A stretch of DNA of 28,207 nucleotides, taken from an uncultured bacterium (GTDB lineage: Bacteria > UBP4 > UBA4092). The notes under the pieces are model-generated. The model searched no databases. It saw nothing but the letters and a program-made list of their open reading frames with translations, and was not told the origin of the DNA. This document shows, one piece after another, positions 26,369 through 28,207 of the stretch. Where the stretch lies: assembly GCA_964644695.1 (NCBI GenBank), contig CAZXWN010000010.1:62001-90207 (forward strand), read 5' to 3'. The position numbers were made by a program, and so were the translations under genes. Every line of letters starts with the position of its first letter. Within the stretch, counting starts at the first letter, position 1.

Positions 26369-26645
26369 CAAAAATACGGGCTGAACGGGGGATTTACGGA
26401 GGAGTTCACGGGGATGGGGTGGGGGATAAGATTTAAGGGGAATTATCTGAAACAGTCGGGGGATGTTTTTTTAGGGTGAGAGTCGTACCCGATTCGTATC
26501 TGGTTCGTTTCAGGAGGCGGAGTGGACAGGGGTGTCAAGGGGTGAGGGTGGGGAATCGATGGAAAATGATTATCTTTTGGTCAAGAGATAAACTGTTGAT
26601 ATTCATAGGTTAAGCGGGGGTAGAAAAAATATTTTACAAAAATAC

Positions 26646-26673
26646 TTGACGGTTATAACGTTAGTGATATAGT
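26646..26673 (+). promoter_or_regulatory. sigma70 promoter of the GntR-ABC operon
   Basis: TTGACG-N16-TATAGT with an extended -10 TG. Confidence 0.6.
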
Positions 26674-26815
26674 GGACTAGTGCACCGAATTGATAGGTAT
26701 ATGGTGCCGGGACCGAAAAACAGACATCAGAGAAGAACACAGAGAATATAAATGAAATCGAGACGAGACGATAACCCGGAGAACAAAGACCGCTACCGCG
26801 GTATGAGGTGAAGGC

Positions 26816-27214
26816 ATGTATATCGAAATAAAACCTGACAGTCCTATTAGTATCTTTCAACAAATCATGGATGGGATCCGGTATGGCGTATTAAACGGCA
26901 GGCTGGTGGAGGATGAGAAACTGCCTTCATGGAGGGAACTGGCGGTAGAATTGCGGGTCAATGCCAACACTGTCGCCCGTGCCTATCAGGAACTGGAACG
27001 GGAAGGGGTCCTTTATGTCAAACGAGGGGAAGGAACCTTTGTCGCGGCGCGTAAACAATCTATCAAGGATAAAGAACGACTGTTGTTGTTAAAGGCGGCT
27101 TTGCAGGAGGCAATTGATACGGGACTTCGGCTTCAATTCAGTAAAGCAGAGATAGCTCAGGAAATAAAACAAATCATAGCTGATACAGATAAAGACCGGG
27201 AGGAAAGAAAATGA
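26816..27214 (+). CDS. GntR family transcriptional regulator, YtrA subfamily
   Basis: SPISIFQQI, KLPSWRELA, VNANTVARAYQELEREG, RGEGTFV; short C-terminal domain; followed by an ABC ATPase. Confidence 0.93.
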   Translation: MYIEIKPDSPISIFQQIMDGIRYGVLNGRLVEDEKLPSWRELAVELRVNANTVARAYQELEREGVLYVKRGEGTFVAARKQSIKDKERLLLLKAALQEAIDTGLRLQFSKAEIAQEIKQIIADTDKDREERK

Positions 27215-28116
27215 CAGAGAACAATCAGATGATCGAAATCAACAACTTCACGAAAATGTATGGGAAAAAGACGGCCGTTGACCGCCTGAATCTGACCTTG
27301 AAAAAAGGAGAAGTCTTCGGATTTCTGGGAGAGAATGGTGCCGGGAAGACCACAACCATCCGCGCATTGGTTGGATTACTCCGTCCTACTTCAGGAATTG
27401 TCCGGGTCATGGGGATGGATCCTCTGGAAGAAGAAGTGGCCGTCAAACAGCAGTTTGGATATGTGTCCGAAGACCGCCACATGTATGGCTGGATGAAGGT
27501 GAAAGAGAACCTGGATTTTAACCGGGGACTTTATCCGCAATGGAAAGAAGACCTTGCCCAGGAACTCCTGAAGGATTTTGACCTGGACCCGAATCAAAAG
27601 GTGAAATCCCTCTCCCGCGGTCAGGGTGCGAAGCTGGCCCTGCTGGGCGCCCTGGCATCCCGTCCCGAACTGTTGATATTGGATGAACCGACTTCCGGAC
27701 TGGACCCGATGGTCCGTCGTGAAATCCTGGAACGGCTGGTGGCCTATTGTGCTGATTATGGGACTACGGTGTTTTTCTCCTCCCATTTATTGGATGACAT
27801 TGAACGGCTGGCCGATACCGTGGGAATCCTCTGTAAGGGGAAACTGGTGGCCTATTCGGAAAAAAATCAGATGGTCAATTCACTGAAGAAAATCCTGGTC
27901 CGGTTGGAAGCCGGTCAGGAAATCCCGGAACATAAAGACATTCTCCGAACTATCCGGGAAAAAGAACGGATGGAAGTCGTTGTCAGAACCCCGGTGGAAG
28001 ACGTCTTGAACAAAATCAAGGCACTGAATCCATCTTATCTGGAAGTTGTCGATATGAGTCTGGAAGATATTTTTGTGGAATTTATCAGAGACGGCCGCCA
28101 ACTGAACGGTAAATAA
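27211..28116 (+). CDS. ABC-2 type exporter ATP-binding protein (YtrB-like)
   Basis: GENGAGKTT, LSRGQ, LILDEPTSGLDP, FSSH, SLEDIF; ATGA overlap with gntR. Confidence 0.95.
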   Translation: MTENNQMIEINNFTKMYGKKTAVDRLNLTLKKGEVFGFLGENGAGKTTTIRALVGLLRPTSGIVRVMGMDPLEEEVAVKQQFGYVSEDRHMYGWMKVKENLDFNRGLYPQWKEDLAQELLKDFDLDPNQKVKSLSRGQGAKLALLGALASRPELLILDEPTSGLDPMVRREILERLVAYCADYGTTVFFSSHLLDDIERLADTVGILCKGKLVAYSEKNQMVNSLKKILVRLEAGQEIPEHKDILRTIREKERMEVVVRTPVEDVLNKIKALNPSYLEVVDMSLEDIFVEFIRDGRQLNGK

Positions 28117-28134
28117 ACTTCGGGGAAAAACAAC

Positions 28135-28207
28135 ATGATGAACATGACCGGACAACAAGAGTGTCATTGCGCCACCTATAAAAATAAGGGAACCTGTAAC
28201 TGTTTCT
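28135..28207 (+). CDS. 5' end of the next operon gene (MMNMTGQQECHCATYKNKGTCNCF...), truncated by the window edge
   Basis: Frame open to the window end; ATG 18 nt after the ATPase stop, preceded by GGGGA. Confidence 0.45.
   Translation, partial: MMNMTGQQECHCATYKNKGTCNCF

Noticed and set aside
26603-26863. 86-aa minus-strand ORF
   Set aside because: Antisense to the GntR promoter, leader and start; composition reflects the purine-rich leader.

Overview
Bacterial chromosomal window, mostly housekeeping, envelope and transport genes. In order: a hypothetical protein, a PIG-L deacetylase, a reverse rubrerythrin, rsmI, a secreted HEAT-like protein, a double-CAP-domain membrane protein, a DUF47-PiT phosphate transport pair, a TolC-MFP-RND (MdtABC-like) efflux operon and an SSS symporter. 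Next comes a putative glycan-utilisation cluster (991-aa unknown secreted protein, CBM9-like protein, GHL10 hydrolase, IT-superfamily-like transporter), a membrane protein, and a YtrA-like GntR plus ABC ATPase operon running off the right end. The standout is an AT-rich ~4-kb island with an OLD-family ATPase/TOPRIM nuclease and a UvrD helicase (Gabija-like), with no integrase or transposase in the window. It is bracketed by ~70-bp direct repeats of a double-hairpin REP-like element, and these lie inside inverted arrays of 9-bp repeats, so the cassette appears to have split a ~200-bp stem-loop element. A second cassette-like gene (HEAT-like) is flanked by an exact 19-bp direct repeat containing a TATAAT box and an ATG. 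No rRNA, tRNA or CRISPR array was seen. All family calls come from motif recognition; no searches were run.
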